Source: Alphaproteobacteria bacterium
Lineage (GTDB): Bacteria; Pseudomonadota; Alphaproteobacteria; SHVV01
NCBI GenBank assembly: GCA_965261735.1
Contig: OZ253470.1
Location: 4,384,001-4,448,000, forward strand
Reading direction: 5' to 3'
DNA length: 64,000 nt
Both the position numbers and the translations under genes were made by a program. Position 1 is the first letter of the stretch. Each line of letters opens with the position of its first letter. Shown piece after piece: positions 41,516-51,606 of this stretch. The notes under the pieces were generated by a model, which had not been told where the DNA came from, made no database searches, and saw nothing but the letters and a program-made list of their open reading frames with translations.

Positions 41516-42598
41516 GTGCATGGAGCCGCGATGGTGTGATCGCCCATTCCCCGGTTGGTTAACGGATCCTGATTGTGTTTGGTTTCGCCGCACGGATAGA
41601 GCGATTGAGTACGTCGATCTGCATGGCGATTTCGGTTTGTTGGGATTGGAATGTGCGAGCGTTGAGCTTGCCGCCGTTGAGCCTCTTGACGCGAGCCATG
41701 GCTGTTTCGCCAAGCGCTCTCAATCCGTAGCCCTGTCGTTTCTGCCAGTTCATCCTTCCCTTCGACGCGATCTCCGCCGCATGGTGCTCCCGTTCCGATC
41801 CGCCATGAGGCGTGTCCGGGGGAGGAATGGATGTGGCGCGTGGCGGGATGATGATTTCAGGTGGTGAATTCGGTGGCCGAGCTTCTCGGATCGCTTTTGT
41901 CACGGGCTCCCCGTCATAGGCGCCGTCGGCAAACACGCGCCGGATCATCCCACCGGAACCGGCGACCAGCGGTCCCGCCATCGTCGCATCGGCCGTGTCG
42001 TCACCGGTCAGTTCATGCGTCCGGATCTCGCTGCTGGCCGGGTCAACCGAGATATGCAGCTTGCGCCACGAGCGCCGCGTTTCACCGTGCTTGGCGCGAG
42101 CCCACTCGCCAGTGCCAAAGAATTTCAGGCCCGTGGAATCCAGCACGATATCCGTAGACCGCTTGTTCGTGCTGGTTTCCACAACGACATCCACCGTTCG
42201 CCGCCGCCGCGACAGCGTGGTGTGATCCGGCACCGGCAGATCGCACCCCATCAAGTCCACGAGGGAACGCACAAAGCCTTCCGTCTGGCGCAGCGGCAGT
42301 CTGAAGACCACCCCCAGCATCAGTGTCGTGGAAATCGCCAACTCTGAAAACTGCCGCTGGCCACCAGGAGTTCGCCGCTTGGCTGCGTCCCATTGCTCCA
42401 GGGCGCTCTCATCAATCCAGAAACGAATGTCGCCGCGCCGAACCAAACCACGGTCATAATCCGGCCAGTTCATGACCCGGTACTTGGCTCTGGGGATATG
42501 GTGGCGACGCGATGCGTGGAACTTGAAAGGCATGACAAACTCTCAAAGACGGAAGCGGAGCCAGATATACTAATCCTTAGGTCCATGCACCAAAGCCC
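41516..42598 (-). mobile_element. IS5-family element, second copy; transposase 41559-42533
   Basis: Near-identical to 9480-10570; 8 bp of one IR lost at the IS256 junction. Confidence 0.93.
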
Positions 42599-43605
42599 TC
42601 GAGAACCCCTTCATCCTTCTGCATGAAAAGAAGCTCTCGGGCCTCCAGTCGATGCTGCCGCTGCTCGAAGCGATCGTGAAGTCGGGTCGGCCTCTGCTGA
42701 TCATTGCCGAGGATATCGAGGGCGAGGCGCTGGCGACGCTGGTGGTCAACCGCCTGCGCGGCGGGCTCAAGATCGCCGCGGTCAAGGCTCCCGGCTTCGG
42801 CGATCCCCGCAAGGCGATGCTGGAAGACATCGCCATCCTCACCGGCGGCCAGGTGGTCTCGGAAGATCTCGGGATCAAGCTGGAGAATGTCACCCTCGAC
42901 ATGCTCGGGAACGCGAAGAAAATCGCGATCACCAAGGACGAGACCACCATCGTCGATGGCGCCGGCAAGAAGGCCGACATCTCGGGCCGCTGCAGCCAGA
43001 TCCGGGCGCAGGTCGAGGAGACTTCCTCGGACTACGACCGCGAGAAGCTGCAGGAGCGGCTTGCCAAGCTCGCCGGCGGCGTTGCGGTGATCCGCGTCGG
43101 CGGGGCGACCGAGGTCGAGGTGAAGGAGAAGCGCGACCGCGTCGAGGATGCGATGAACTCGACCCGCGCCGCGGTCGAGGAAGGCATCGTCGCCGGCGGC
43201 GGCACCGCGCTGCTGTTCGCCTCGCAGGGGCTCGCGAAGATCAAGCTCGACAACCCTGACCAGCAGGCGGGCGTCGAAATCGTGCGCCGTGCCCTGCAGT
43301 CGCCGGTCCGGCAGATCGCCGAGAACTCCGGTTTCGAGGGCTCGATCGTGGTCGGCAAGATTCTGGAATCGAAGGCCGCCAATTACGGGTTCGACGCCGC
43401 GGCGTGCGAGTACACCGACCTGGTCAAGGCCGGCATCATCGACCCGACCAAGGTGGTCCTGGCGACGATCCAGGACGCGGCGTCGATCGCCGGGCTGCTG
43501 ATCACCACTGAGGCGATGGTGGCCGAGAAGCCCGAGAACAAGACCGCTCCGGGCATGCCCCCGGGCGGCATGGGCGACATGGGCGGCATGGGCGGCATGA
43601 TGTAG
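42599..43605 (+). pseudogene. groEL: Chaperonin GroEL, C-terminal part only
   Basis: [28 protein letters not shown] and GGM tail; 5-prime end removed at IS5. Confidence 0.92.
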
Positions 43606-43651
43606 CCATCGGCCGCAACCGGCCGCGGATCGCGGCCGGCGGTAGAGTAGG

Positions 43652-43680
43652 GAAGGGCCGCCTCCGGGCGGCCCTTCTTT
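43652..43680 (+). terminator. Rho-independent terminator of groEL
   Basis: gaagggccgcc-tccg-ggcggcccttc-ttt. Confidence 0.8.
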
Positions 43681-43684
43681 ATTC

Positions 43685-44070
43685 GCCTGCCAGAAGGGCC
43701 TCGGCGTGCGCTTCGCCACCGCCCCCACCTGTTCCACGAGCTGATCGAGGCGCGCGACGAGAAGAGGCTGCTCCGCCTCCAGGACCAGCTCGCCAGGGTG
43801 AACCTGCTGATCGTCGACGAACTCGGCTACGTGCCCCTGTCGCAGACCGGAAGCGAGCTGCTGTTCGACGTCTTCAGCCGGCGCTACGAGAACGGCGCCA
43901 CCATCGTGACCTCAAACCTGCCCTTCCAGGAATGGACGACGGTGTTCGCCAGCGAGCGCCTCACCGGCGCGCTGCTCGGCCGCATCACTCACCATGTCCA
44001 TATCCTGGAGATGAACGGCGAGAGCTACCGGCTCAAGCAGAGCCGGTCACGACGCCGGCAACCGTCCGAA
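43685..44070 (+). pseudogene. IstB C-terminal fragment
   Basis: HELIEARDEKRL, LLIVDELGYVP and NGESYRL. Confidence 0.85.
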
Positions 44071-44152
44071 TACCTGTCCCTCCCATTTATTCCATCTATC
44101 GCAGAAACCTTGGAATTTTGCATCACCACCGGATACCCTTTCCGGCATGCAT

Positions 44153-45317
44153 AATACCAACGGCACTAATTATTGACCTGAAATCGCCCAATCTCTCATT
44201 CCGATGGACATGATCGTCTCGGGCTGGTCGATTAGTTTGTTCCAGGCTTGGCAACCGGCCTCGATGATGGCGTCGTAATCTTCGAAGACGCGGTTAGAGA
44301 GCCAATTCTGGCGGAGGTATTGCCAGATGTTCTCGACCGGGTTCAGCTCGGGCGAGCGCGATGGCAGCAGGATGATGGTGAGGTTCTTGGGGACCTTGAG
44401 CTGGTCGGTGCTGTGCCACCCGGCGCGGTCCATCAGGACGACGCCATGGGCCTTGGCGGCGACGTTGCAGCTGATCTCGTCGAGATGCATCTGCATGGCG
44501 GCTGTGTTGGCGAAGGGGAGCATGAGAGCGGCACCCTTGGCTCCCATGGGACAGATTGCGCCAAAGAGGTAGGCGTTCGTGTAGCGCTGATCGGCGGGCA
44601 GGCGTGGCCTTGTTCCCTTCTTCGCCCAAATGCGCACACGCCCGTTCTTCTGTCCCAGCCTGGCCTCGTCTTGGAACCAGATCTCGACCCGCTTGGTCTT
44701 GGGCAGACCGGCTAGGTGGGCAGCGAGCGTGCGGGGGAAGTTTTTTTGAACGCCTCGATCACCCGCTGGTCCTGCTTGGGGTGCTGCGGCCGGGCGCTGA
44801 TGTGGGAGAAGGACAGCGCGACGAGAAGGTCGGAGATCGCCCGCTCGCTATAGATCACGCCAAAGCGTTCTTCGATCACCCGTTTCAGGTCAACCCGCCG
44901 CCAGCGAACCACACCGTCAATCTCTGGATCGGGGCCCGTTTCGACGATCACCGACAGTTCGCCCATCTGCTCGTCGGTCAAGAGCCGGGGGCGGCCCGCA
45001 CAGGGACGGTTCTTCAAGCCGTCTGCCCCTTCATCGTTGAAGCGGTGCGCCCAGTCTCTCAGCGTCTGGCGATCCATGCCGCCGACCTTAGCGGCTTCCG
45101 CTCGGCTCATGCCGTCGTAAACCGCCGCCAAGGCCAAAAGCCGGCGAACTTGGCGGGGATCGCGACTGTGCTTGGCCAAACACCGGAGCTCAATGCTGTC
45201 GTAGTCGTCCCGAAGAGCAATGCATACTGACATGGCGAATCTCCTTCGCCAGCCTTGAATCACATCCAGCCCAAAAAGGGAATCCCTTGCGAGTCAGAAT
45301 TTTGCGCCGTTGGTATA
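44153..45317 (-). mobile_element. IS630-family element with split transposase (orfA 44712-45233, orfB ending 44170)
   Basis: IRs taccaacggc / gccgttggta; A7C slippery site at about 44740-44747; WFQDEAR, MDRAGWH and SPELNPVE. Confidence 0.88.
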
Positions 45318-46532
45318 AGATCATCGAAATCTTCGCGGACCGCGCGGCGCTCCACACAGAAATCCTTGCCCTGCGACAGCAGGTAGCTGTCCTGAAACGG
45401 AAAAGGCCCCGGCCATCGCTTCGGAAGGCAGATAGGGTTTTCTGGGTCATCCTGTCTTGCCTATGGCCTGGCTGGCGCCACGCCCTGGTAATCGTCAGGC
45501 CCGAGACCGTCATCGGTTGGCACCGCAAGGGGTTCAGGCTTTTCTGGACATGGAAGTCGCGGCGGAGAAAGCCGGGCCGACCACCGGTGTCGAGGGAGAT
45601 CCGCCATCTGGTCCGACGGATGTCGCGGGAGAACACACGGTGGGGCGCACCTCGGATCCATGGCGAGCTTTTGAAGCTTGGCTTTTCCATCTCCCAGGCC
45701 GCCGTCTCGAAATACATGGTCCGTTACCCATCGCCGCCATCGCAGTCGTGGCGGACATTCCTTACAAATCACGCCAATTGCCTGGCGTCGATCGATTTCT
45801 TCGTGGTCCCCACGGCCACGTTCCACCTCCTGTTCGGGTTCATCGTGCTCCACCACGAGCGCCGCCAGATCGTGCATTTCGGTGTAACGGCGAACCCGAC
45901 GATGGCGTGGGTCGCACAGCAGATCCGAGAGGCATTCCCGTGGGGCACGGCGCCGCGGTACCTGATCCGCGACCGGGACGGCGCATACGGGCAATCGTTC
46001 CGCTCGACCGTGACGGCGATGGGCGTGGAAGAGGTCGTTACGGCGCCACGGAGCCCGTGGCAAAATCCGTATGTGGAACGCCTGATCGGCAGCGTGAGGC
46101 GCGAATGCCTGGACCATTCGATCATCCTCAACGAGCGGCATTTGCGGCGCATTCTTGGCTCATACCTCGACTATTATCACGGTTCAAGGACCCACTTGTC
46201 GCTCGGCAAGGACACACCGGATGGACGACCCGTTCAGCCGGCCGGGTCCGGAACGGTCGTTTCCTTGCCCAAGGTCGGCGGTCTGCATCATCGTTACGAA
46301 CGCCTCGCGGCCTGACCACTCCCGCTCGGATTCGATCAATTCCTCTCTGTGGCAACGTGGACGCTGCCGGCATCCGCATGCCCTTGCATAGGTTCGCTGG
46401 CACGATCCGGCGGAATAAGCATCGTGATGACCGCGCCCATGGTCGATTACAAAATCCACTGGCTCAAAATGATGTCCGTGCCGGAGAGCCGAGCCGTCGT
46501 TGGGAGGCACGATGGAATAAATGGAAGGGACA
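45318..46532 (+). mobile_element. Integrase-core (rve) DDE transposase, N-truncated, CDS to 46315, element end about 46532
   Basis: WGAPRIHGEL, IDFF, IRDRD and PWQNPYVER; terminal ...gaagggaCA. Confidence 0.8.
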
Positions 46533-46566
46533 GGTTGGATTTGAACCAACGACCTTCAGGTTATGA
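46533..46566 (-). tRNA. 3-prime fragment of initiator tRNA-Met (att-site remnant, not a functional gene)
   Basis: Minus strand TCATAACCTGAAGGTCGTTGGTTCAAATCCAACC = anticodon loop, variable region and T-arm. Confidence 0.85.
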
Positions 46567-46721
46567 ATTTGCGTAAAAGTTAAGCCGACAATTGCAGTCA
46601 TGCGCGCGCAAGGATGCGCTGATGTGTGATAATTGCCTATTTTACAAGGCGTTTGTGGACGGTGCAAGAGCCGATTACCATGACAACCGTGCGCACGGAT
46701 GCGCAGAGTTTGTAATCCTGA

Positions 46722-46741
46722 TGATTCCCATGTGATTCCCA
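46722..46741. repeat. Direct repeat TGATTCCCA x2, putative integrase arm-type sites
   Basis: Copies at 46722-46730 and 46733-46741, between the att fragment and the integrase start. Confidence 0.5.
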
Positions 46742-46786
46742 GTATGATATGGTGCTTCCCATTGCCGAACACACCGGGGATCCGCC

Positions 46787-47962
46787 ATGCCCGCTCAGAT
46801 CAAGATCACCAAGCGAATCGTCGACAGGATCACCGGCGACGGATCGGACAAGTTCTATTGGGACGACGATCTCCCCGGTTTCGGCCTGCGTGTCCGCGCC
46901 TCGGGGCGCAAGTACTATGTTGTCCAATTCCGCGCCAACGGTCGGCTACGTCGCATGACCCTGGGCCGCCATGGGGCGGTGACGCCGGAGACCGCACGGC
47001 GGCGTGCCATGGCGCTGATCTCGGAGGCCAAGGGCGGTAAGGATCCGGCCGCCCTCCGAGACAAGGGCCGCAAGGCGGCAACGATGAAGGTTCTGGGCAA
47101 GCGGTTTTTGGAAGAGTATGTCCCGGTCCATTGCAAGCCGAGCACGGCCTACGAGTACCAGCGTTCGGTGAAGTTCTTCATCGACCCCAGGATCGGAACC
47201 CGCAAGGTGACGGAGATTCAGCGGAGCGACATCGCCGAACTGCACCATGGCATGCGGGAGACTCCCTATCAGGCCAACCGGACCCTCGGGGTGCTTTCAA
47301 AAATGTTCAACTTGGCCGAGTTGTGGGGTCTGCGTCCGGACGGCTCAAACCCCTGTCTGCACGTCAAGCGCTACAAGGAGGAGAAGCGCGAACGATTCCT
47401 GAGCGCGGAGGAGTTCACCCGGCTTGGCCAGGTTCTCGACGAGATTCTGGGGGACGGATCGGAGACCCGCTCGGCGGTAGCCGCAATCCGTCTCCTGATG
47501 CTGACCGGCTGCCGGCTGTCGGAGATCCAGAAGCTGCGCTGGGACCATGTCGATCTCGACGCGGGCGAGCTGAGGTTGCCCGACACCAAAACCGGCGGGC
47601 GGGCGGTCCCGCTTGCGCCCTCCGCCGTACGGTTGCTGACCTCCCTGCCCCGCGACGAGGACAATCCATGGGTGATCGCGGGCCGCAAGCCGGGCTGGCA
47701 CCTCACCGACCTGCAGCACCCCTGGCGGCGTATCCGAGCCCGCGCCGGACTCGACGGGGTGAGAATTCACGACCTCCGCCATTCGTTCGCTTCCCGCGCG
47801 TTGGCGCTCGGCGAGGGCTTGCCCATGATCGGCAAATTGCTGGGACACACGCAGGTCCAGACGACCGCTCGATACGCCCATCTTGCCCGCGACACCGTCA
47901 AGGCATCCGCCGCCCGCATCGGAGACAGTATAGATCAGGACCTCGACGCGGCGGAGAGGTAG
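46787..47962 (+). CDS. Tyrosine integrase with arm-binding domain
   Basis: YWDDDLPGFGLRV; catalytic R, K, HxxR, H and Y all present. Confidence 0.95.
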   Translation: MPAQIKITKRIVDRITGDGSDKFYWDDDLPGFGLRVRASGRKYYVVQFRANGRLRRMTLGRHGAVTPETARRRAMALISEAKGGKDPAALRDKGRKAATMKVLGKRFLEEYVPVHCKPSTAYEYQRSVKFFIDPRIGTRKVTEIQRSDIAELHHGMRETPYQANRTLGVLSKMFNLAELWGLRPDGSNPCLHVKRYKEEKRERFLSAEEFTRLGQVLDEILGDGSETRSAVAAIRLLMLTGCRLSEIQKLRWDHVDLDAGELRLPDTKTGGRAVPLAPSAVRLLTSLPRDEDNPWVIAGRKPGWHLTDLQHPWRRIRARAGLDGVRIHDLRHSFASRALALGEGLPMIGKLLGHTQVQTTARYAHLARDTVKASAARIGDSIDQDLDAAER

Positions 47963-48153
47963 TGATTACCGGGCAACCCGCGGGTGCGGCTCACGTGGTT
48001 GTATCTGGCCCGGTCGCGAACACGCGTGGTCATTGTGCGGCAGCTCGCACGCTTGACGGCGGTTCGATTGAACTGTGTTCTCGCACGGTCGAAATCGCGC
48101 CGCTTGCTCTTCACCTGAAGCGGCACTGCTCGAGCTGAGGAGGGATTACCCTG

Positions 48154-49665
48154 GTGGCGCGGATTGCGATAGGCGGGTTTCAGCACGAGACCAACACGTT
48201 CGCGCCGGTCAATGCCACATTCGACGATTTCGCGCGAGCTGACGGCTGGCCCCCGTTGCTAATGGATGCCGGATTGGAAGGCGCCGTGGCCGGAATGAAC
48301 TTGCCGATCGCAGGCTTCATCAAAGCCGCGCGCGACCTCGGCCACCAACTGATTCCTCTCGTTTGGTGCTCGGCGACCCCGTCAGGGCCAGTTACCGAGA
48401 GCGCATTCGAGCGTATCGCCGAAATGCTGCAGTCCGGCCTGGCCGCGGCCTCGAATGTCGACGCGGTCTACCTCGACCTCCACGGCGCGATGGTCACGAC
48501 GGTTCACGCCGATGGCGAGGGCGAGCTGTTGCGCCGCATCCGGACCGTGCTGCCTCGGGACTTGCCGGTCGTAGCCAGTCTCGATCTTCACGCCAACATC
48601 ACGCCGGCCATGGTCGAGCGAGCGACGGCGCTGGTCGCCTATCGCACCTACCCCCACGTCGATATGTCGGACACCGGGCGCCGGGCCGCGGCTCTGCTGG
48701 ATCGCATCCTCGCGCGGGGCCGCCCACCGGCACGCGCCTTCCGCCAGCTCGATTATCTGATACCCATCGTGAGTCAATGTACCCTGAGCGAGCCCGCCGC
48801 GGGTCTCTACCGTGTGCTCGAGAAGCTTCAGGGCGGCGCCGTCCATTCCGTCGACTTGGCTCTCGGCTTCCCCGCCGCCGATGTCGCCGATTGCGGGCCC
48901 TCCGTCGTGGCCTACGGGTCGGACGATGGGGCGGTGAGGCAGGCCGCGGACGCGCTGTCGGACGCCATCAGCGCTGCCGAGCCAGCGTTCCGGCTCGATG
49001 TATGTTCCCCGGACGAGGGCGTCGCGCGGGCCATCGCGCATGCGGGGGAAGCCGCCCGGGGTCCGGTGATACTCGCCGACACCCAGGACAACCCCGGTGG
49101 TGGCGCCGAGAGCGACGGAGTCACGATTCTAAAGACGCTATTGCGCCACCGCGCCCAAGGGGCCGCGGTGGGTATCCTTTATGACCCTGAGGCGGCGCGT
49201 GCGGCGCACGCCGCGGGGCGAGGCGCGGAGATCAACCTCTCTGTCGGCGCGCGCTCCGGATACGGGGACGAAACACCGCTTGCCGCCCCGTTCCGGGTAG
49301 AGGCGCTGGGTGAGGGTCGGTTTTCCTGTTCCGGCCCCTACTACAAGGGATGCCGCATGGACCTTGGCCCGATGGCACGGCTTCGCACCGGCGGCATCGA
49401 CATCATCGTCGCGAGCCGTAAACAGCAGGCCGCCGATCAGGCCATGTTCCGCCACGTTGGCGTGGACCCTGCCGCCCAGAGAATACTCGCGCTCAAGAGC
49501 TCGGTGCATTTCCGAGCCGACTTCGGCCCCATCGCGCGGGAAATCCTCGTGATCGCCGCGCCCGGCCCTAATCTCGTGGATCCCGCGCAACACCGCTTCC
49601 GGCGGTTGCGCAAGGGAGTCCGCTTGCGCCCTCTCGGCCCCGCCTTCGCTGGTGCCGCCGACTGA
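48154..49665 (+). CDS. M81 (MlrC-family) metallopeptidase
   Basis: HETNTF, LDLHGAM, DLHAN, YPHVD, DNPGGG and KSSVHFRA. Confidence 0.92.
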   Translation: MARIAIGGFQHETNTFAPVNATFDDFARADGWPPLLMDAGLEGAVAGMNLPIAGFIKAARDLGHQLIPLVWCSATPSGPVTESAFERIAEMLQSGLAAASNVDAVYLDLHGAMVTTVHADGEGELLRRIRTVLPRDLPVVASLDLHANITPAMVERATALVAYRTYPHVDMSDTGRRAAALLDRILARGRPPARAFRQLDYLIPIVSQCTLSEPAAGLYRVLEKLQGGAVHSVDLALGFPAADVADCGPSVVAYGSDDGAVRQAADALSDAISAAEPAFRLDVCSPDEGVARAIAHAGEAARGPVILADTQDNPGGGAESDGVTILKTLLRHRAQGAAVGILYDPEAARAAHAAGRGAEINLSVGARSGYGDETPLAAPFRVEALGEGRFSCSGPYYKGCRMDLGPMARLRTGGIDIIVASRKQQAADQAMFRHVGVDPAAQRILALKSSVHFRADFGPIAREILVIAAPGPNLVDPAQHRFRRLRKGVRLRPLGPAFAGAAD

Positions 49666-49688
49666 GCGGCGCCGGTAACGGAGCTCGA

Positions 49689-50393
49689 CTAGCGCTCGCT
49701 CTCGCTTTCAGCTGGACCCGGCCGCGCACTGGAGCGTTTGATATCGGACTGGGTTTCCTGGACGTTTTGCAGATGCTCGAACACGACTTGCTCGGCACGC
49801 GCGCCATCGCCGGCGCGCAGCGCGGCGACGATCTCGCGGTGCTGACTCTGATGCTGACGAACCAGCTCCGTATCGTAGAGCGGGAGCGTCTGCTCGGTGA
49901 CCGAGTAGTCGTAGTACTCCTCTATCAACTTAACGAGTAGTGCGCTGTGCGATCCCTTGGCGAGGAGGAGGTGGAAGCGAAAATTGATCTCGCGCCTCTC
50001 CACTAGGGACATTCGCTCGACCGCCGCTCCGCCGGCATCGCACGCGGCCTGTAGGGCATCGAGCTCGCGCGCGCCCATGCGCTCAGCCGCGAGGCGCGCC
50101 GCGAACCCCTCGAGGCGCTGGCGAATCCCGAGGATAACCGCCCCATCGGCGACCACATCGCCGACGACGAGGCCACCGCCGCGAACGCGGTGCACGAGCC
50201 CCTCCGCCTCGAGGCGCGACAACGCCTCGCGAATCGGGGTCCGGCTAACGCCGAGCATGTCGGCGAGCTGGGTCTCGATCAACCGAGCCCCGGGTGCGAG
50301 CCGCCCCTGGACGATCGCCTGGCGCAGCTCGCGGTGAGCCTGATTCACCGCCGTCACTGGCGTCACGATCTTGGCGAGGATCTGATCCGTCAC
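49689..50393 (-). CDS. GntR/FCD transcriptional regulator
   Basis: GVSRTPIREAL and FHLLL...HREIV. Confidence 0.92.
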   Translation of the reverse strand: MTDQILAKIVTPVTAVNQAHRELRQAIVQGRLAPGARLIETQLADMLGVSRTPIREALSRLEAEGLVHRVRGGGLVVGDVVADGAVILGIRQRLEGFAARLAAERMGARELDALQAACDAGGAAVERMSLVERREINFRFHLLLAKGSHSALLVKLIEEYYDYSVTEQTLPLYDTELVRQHQSQHREIVAALRAGDGARAEQVVFEHLQNVQETQSDIKRSSARPGPAESESER

Positions 50394-50408
50394 CGGCCCC
50401 CCCCCCTC

Positions 50409-51584
50409 TCAGCGGACGAACAAGCGGCGCTCGACGCTGGTCAGGCGCTCGCACCCGTCGGCCGCTACCAGGATCGTATCGCTGAACGCCATCCCCCGCG
50501 CCGCACCATACATGTGGAACACCATGCCCTCCTCCAGGACCCACTCGGCGCTCGGTAGAAAGCAGCGCGTGAAGTCGCTCGTTCTCGGCGTTCCCAGAAA
50601 GCCGATCGTGTAACCGGTGGTGTTGTCGTAGCGCTCGCGCAGCCCGGCCGCTATTGCTCCCTCGCGCAGGATGCGGTCGACCTCGCGCGCCCGCGCGCCG
50701 GGCCGCATCGCGGCGAATTGCCTCTCCTGGAGGTCGATCAGGCGCTCCGCGGCGCCCACCGTCTCGGGCGCCGGATCGCCAATGATGGCCGAGCGCATCA
50801 GCCGCGCGCTATAGCCGCGATAGGCCGGGATAGACTCGACGTGCAGGATATCGCCGGCCTCGAGAACGTGATGACCAAGGGCGCCATGAAGCGAGTCCGA
50901 ACGCCTCCCGCTGGCGATCAACGCCATGCGGCCGTTGTCGGCCCCCTCTCTGATCGCCGTGGCATATAGCGCGGCCGCCGCCTCGCGCTCGCCCTTACCA
51001 GGCCCGGCGGCGTCGATCGCCGCGAGCATGGCCGCATCGGCAATCCGTGCGGCTTCACGCAAGTAAGCGATTTCTTGGGCCGACTTCCTGATGCGCATCT
51101 CCCAAAGGACACGGGAGAAGTCAATGAAACGCGCGTGTGGCAGAGCCGCCTTGATCGATTCGTGTCGCCACACCGGCAAGTAGTGCGAGTCCGTTTCGAC
51201 CGCAAACGTTTGGTGCTCCCAACCGCGGCGCGTGATTTCTCGCCGCAACACTTCTGTGGGATCCTCCGAGTCGGTGAAGCACGTGTAGTCGCGTACCCAC
51301 GATTGCTCGAGGAACGTCGGCTCGTCGAGCCCGCGCAGGACCATCACTGGCGTGCCGGCGGCCGGAATGATGGCGACCTGATACATCGATCCGCCCGGCA
51401 TGAAGCCCGTGACGTAACCGAGATGCTCGAAGGAGTCGGCGAGCAGGAAGTCGGCGCCGCGCTCACTCAGCTTGGCCTGCACTGCGTCCAACCTGGCGCG
51501 ATACTCGCCGTCGCTGAACGCGCGGGGCCCGGCGGGCCGATCCGCAGACGGCCGATGCTCCATCCCGCTGCTCGCGTCGTTCAT
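50409..51584 (-). CDS. M24-fold enzyme lacking canonical metal ligands (agropine synthase / mannopine cyclase-like)
   Basis: KSAQEI, YSARLMR, TGYTIG, PRTSDF and GMVFHMY. Confidence 0.75.
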   Translation of the reverse strand: MNDASSGMEHRPSADRPAGPRAFSDGEYRARLDAVQAKLSERGADFLLADSFEHLGYVTGFMPGGSMYQVAIIPAAGTPVMVLRGLDEPTFLEQSWVRDYTCFTDSEDPTEVLRREITRRGWEHQTFAVETDSHYLPVWRHESIKAALPHARFIDFSRVLWEMRIRKSAQEIAYLREAARIADAAMLAAIDAAGPGKGEREAAAALYATAIREGADNGRMALIASGRRSDSLHGALGHHVLEAGDILHVESIPAYRGYSARLMRSAIIGDPAPETVGAAERLIDLQERQFAAMRPGARAREVDRILREGAIAAGLRERYDNTTGYTIGFLGTPRTSDFTRCFLPSAEWVLEEGMVFHMYGAARGMAFSDTILVAADGCERLTSVERRLFVR

Positions 51585-51606
51585 GGGCCTCCTCGATCGA
51601 GAGGGC

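Noticed and set aside
9480-42598. Inverted IS5 copies as a 33-kb composite transposon
   Set aside because: No matching target duplication at the outer ends, and the flanks are unrelated genes
46533-46566. Functional tRNA-Met gene
   Set aside because: No 5-prime half, D-arm or acceptor stem
48154-49665. Microcystin degradation cluster
   Set aside because: MlrC-family genes are widespread; no mlrA, mlrB or mlrD-like neighbours
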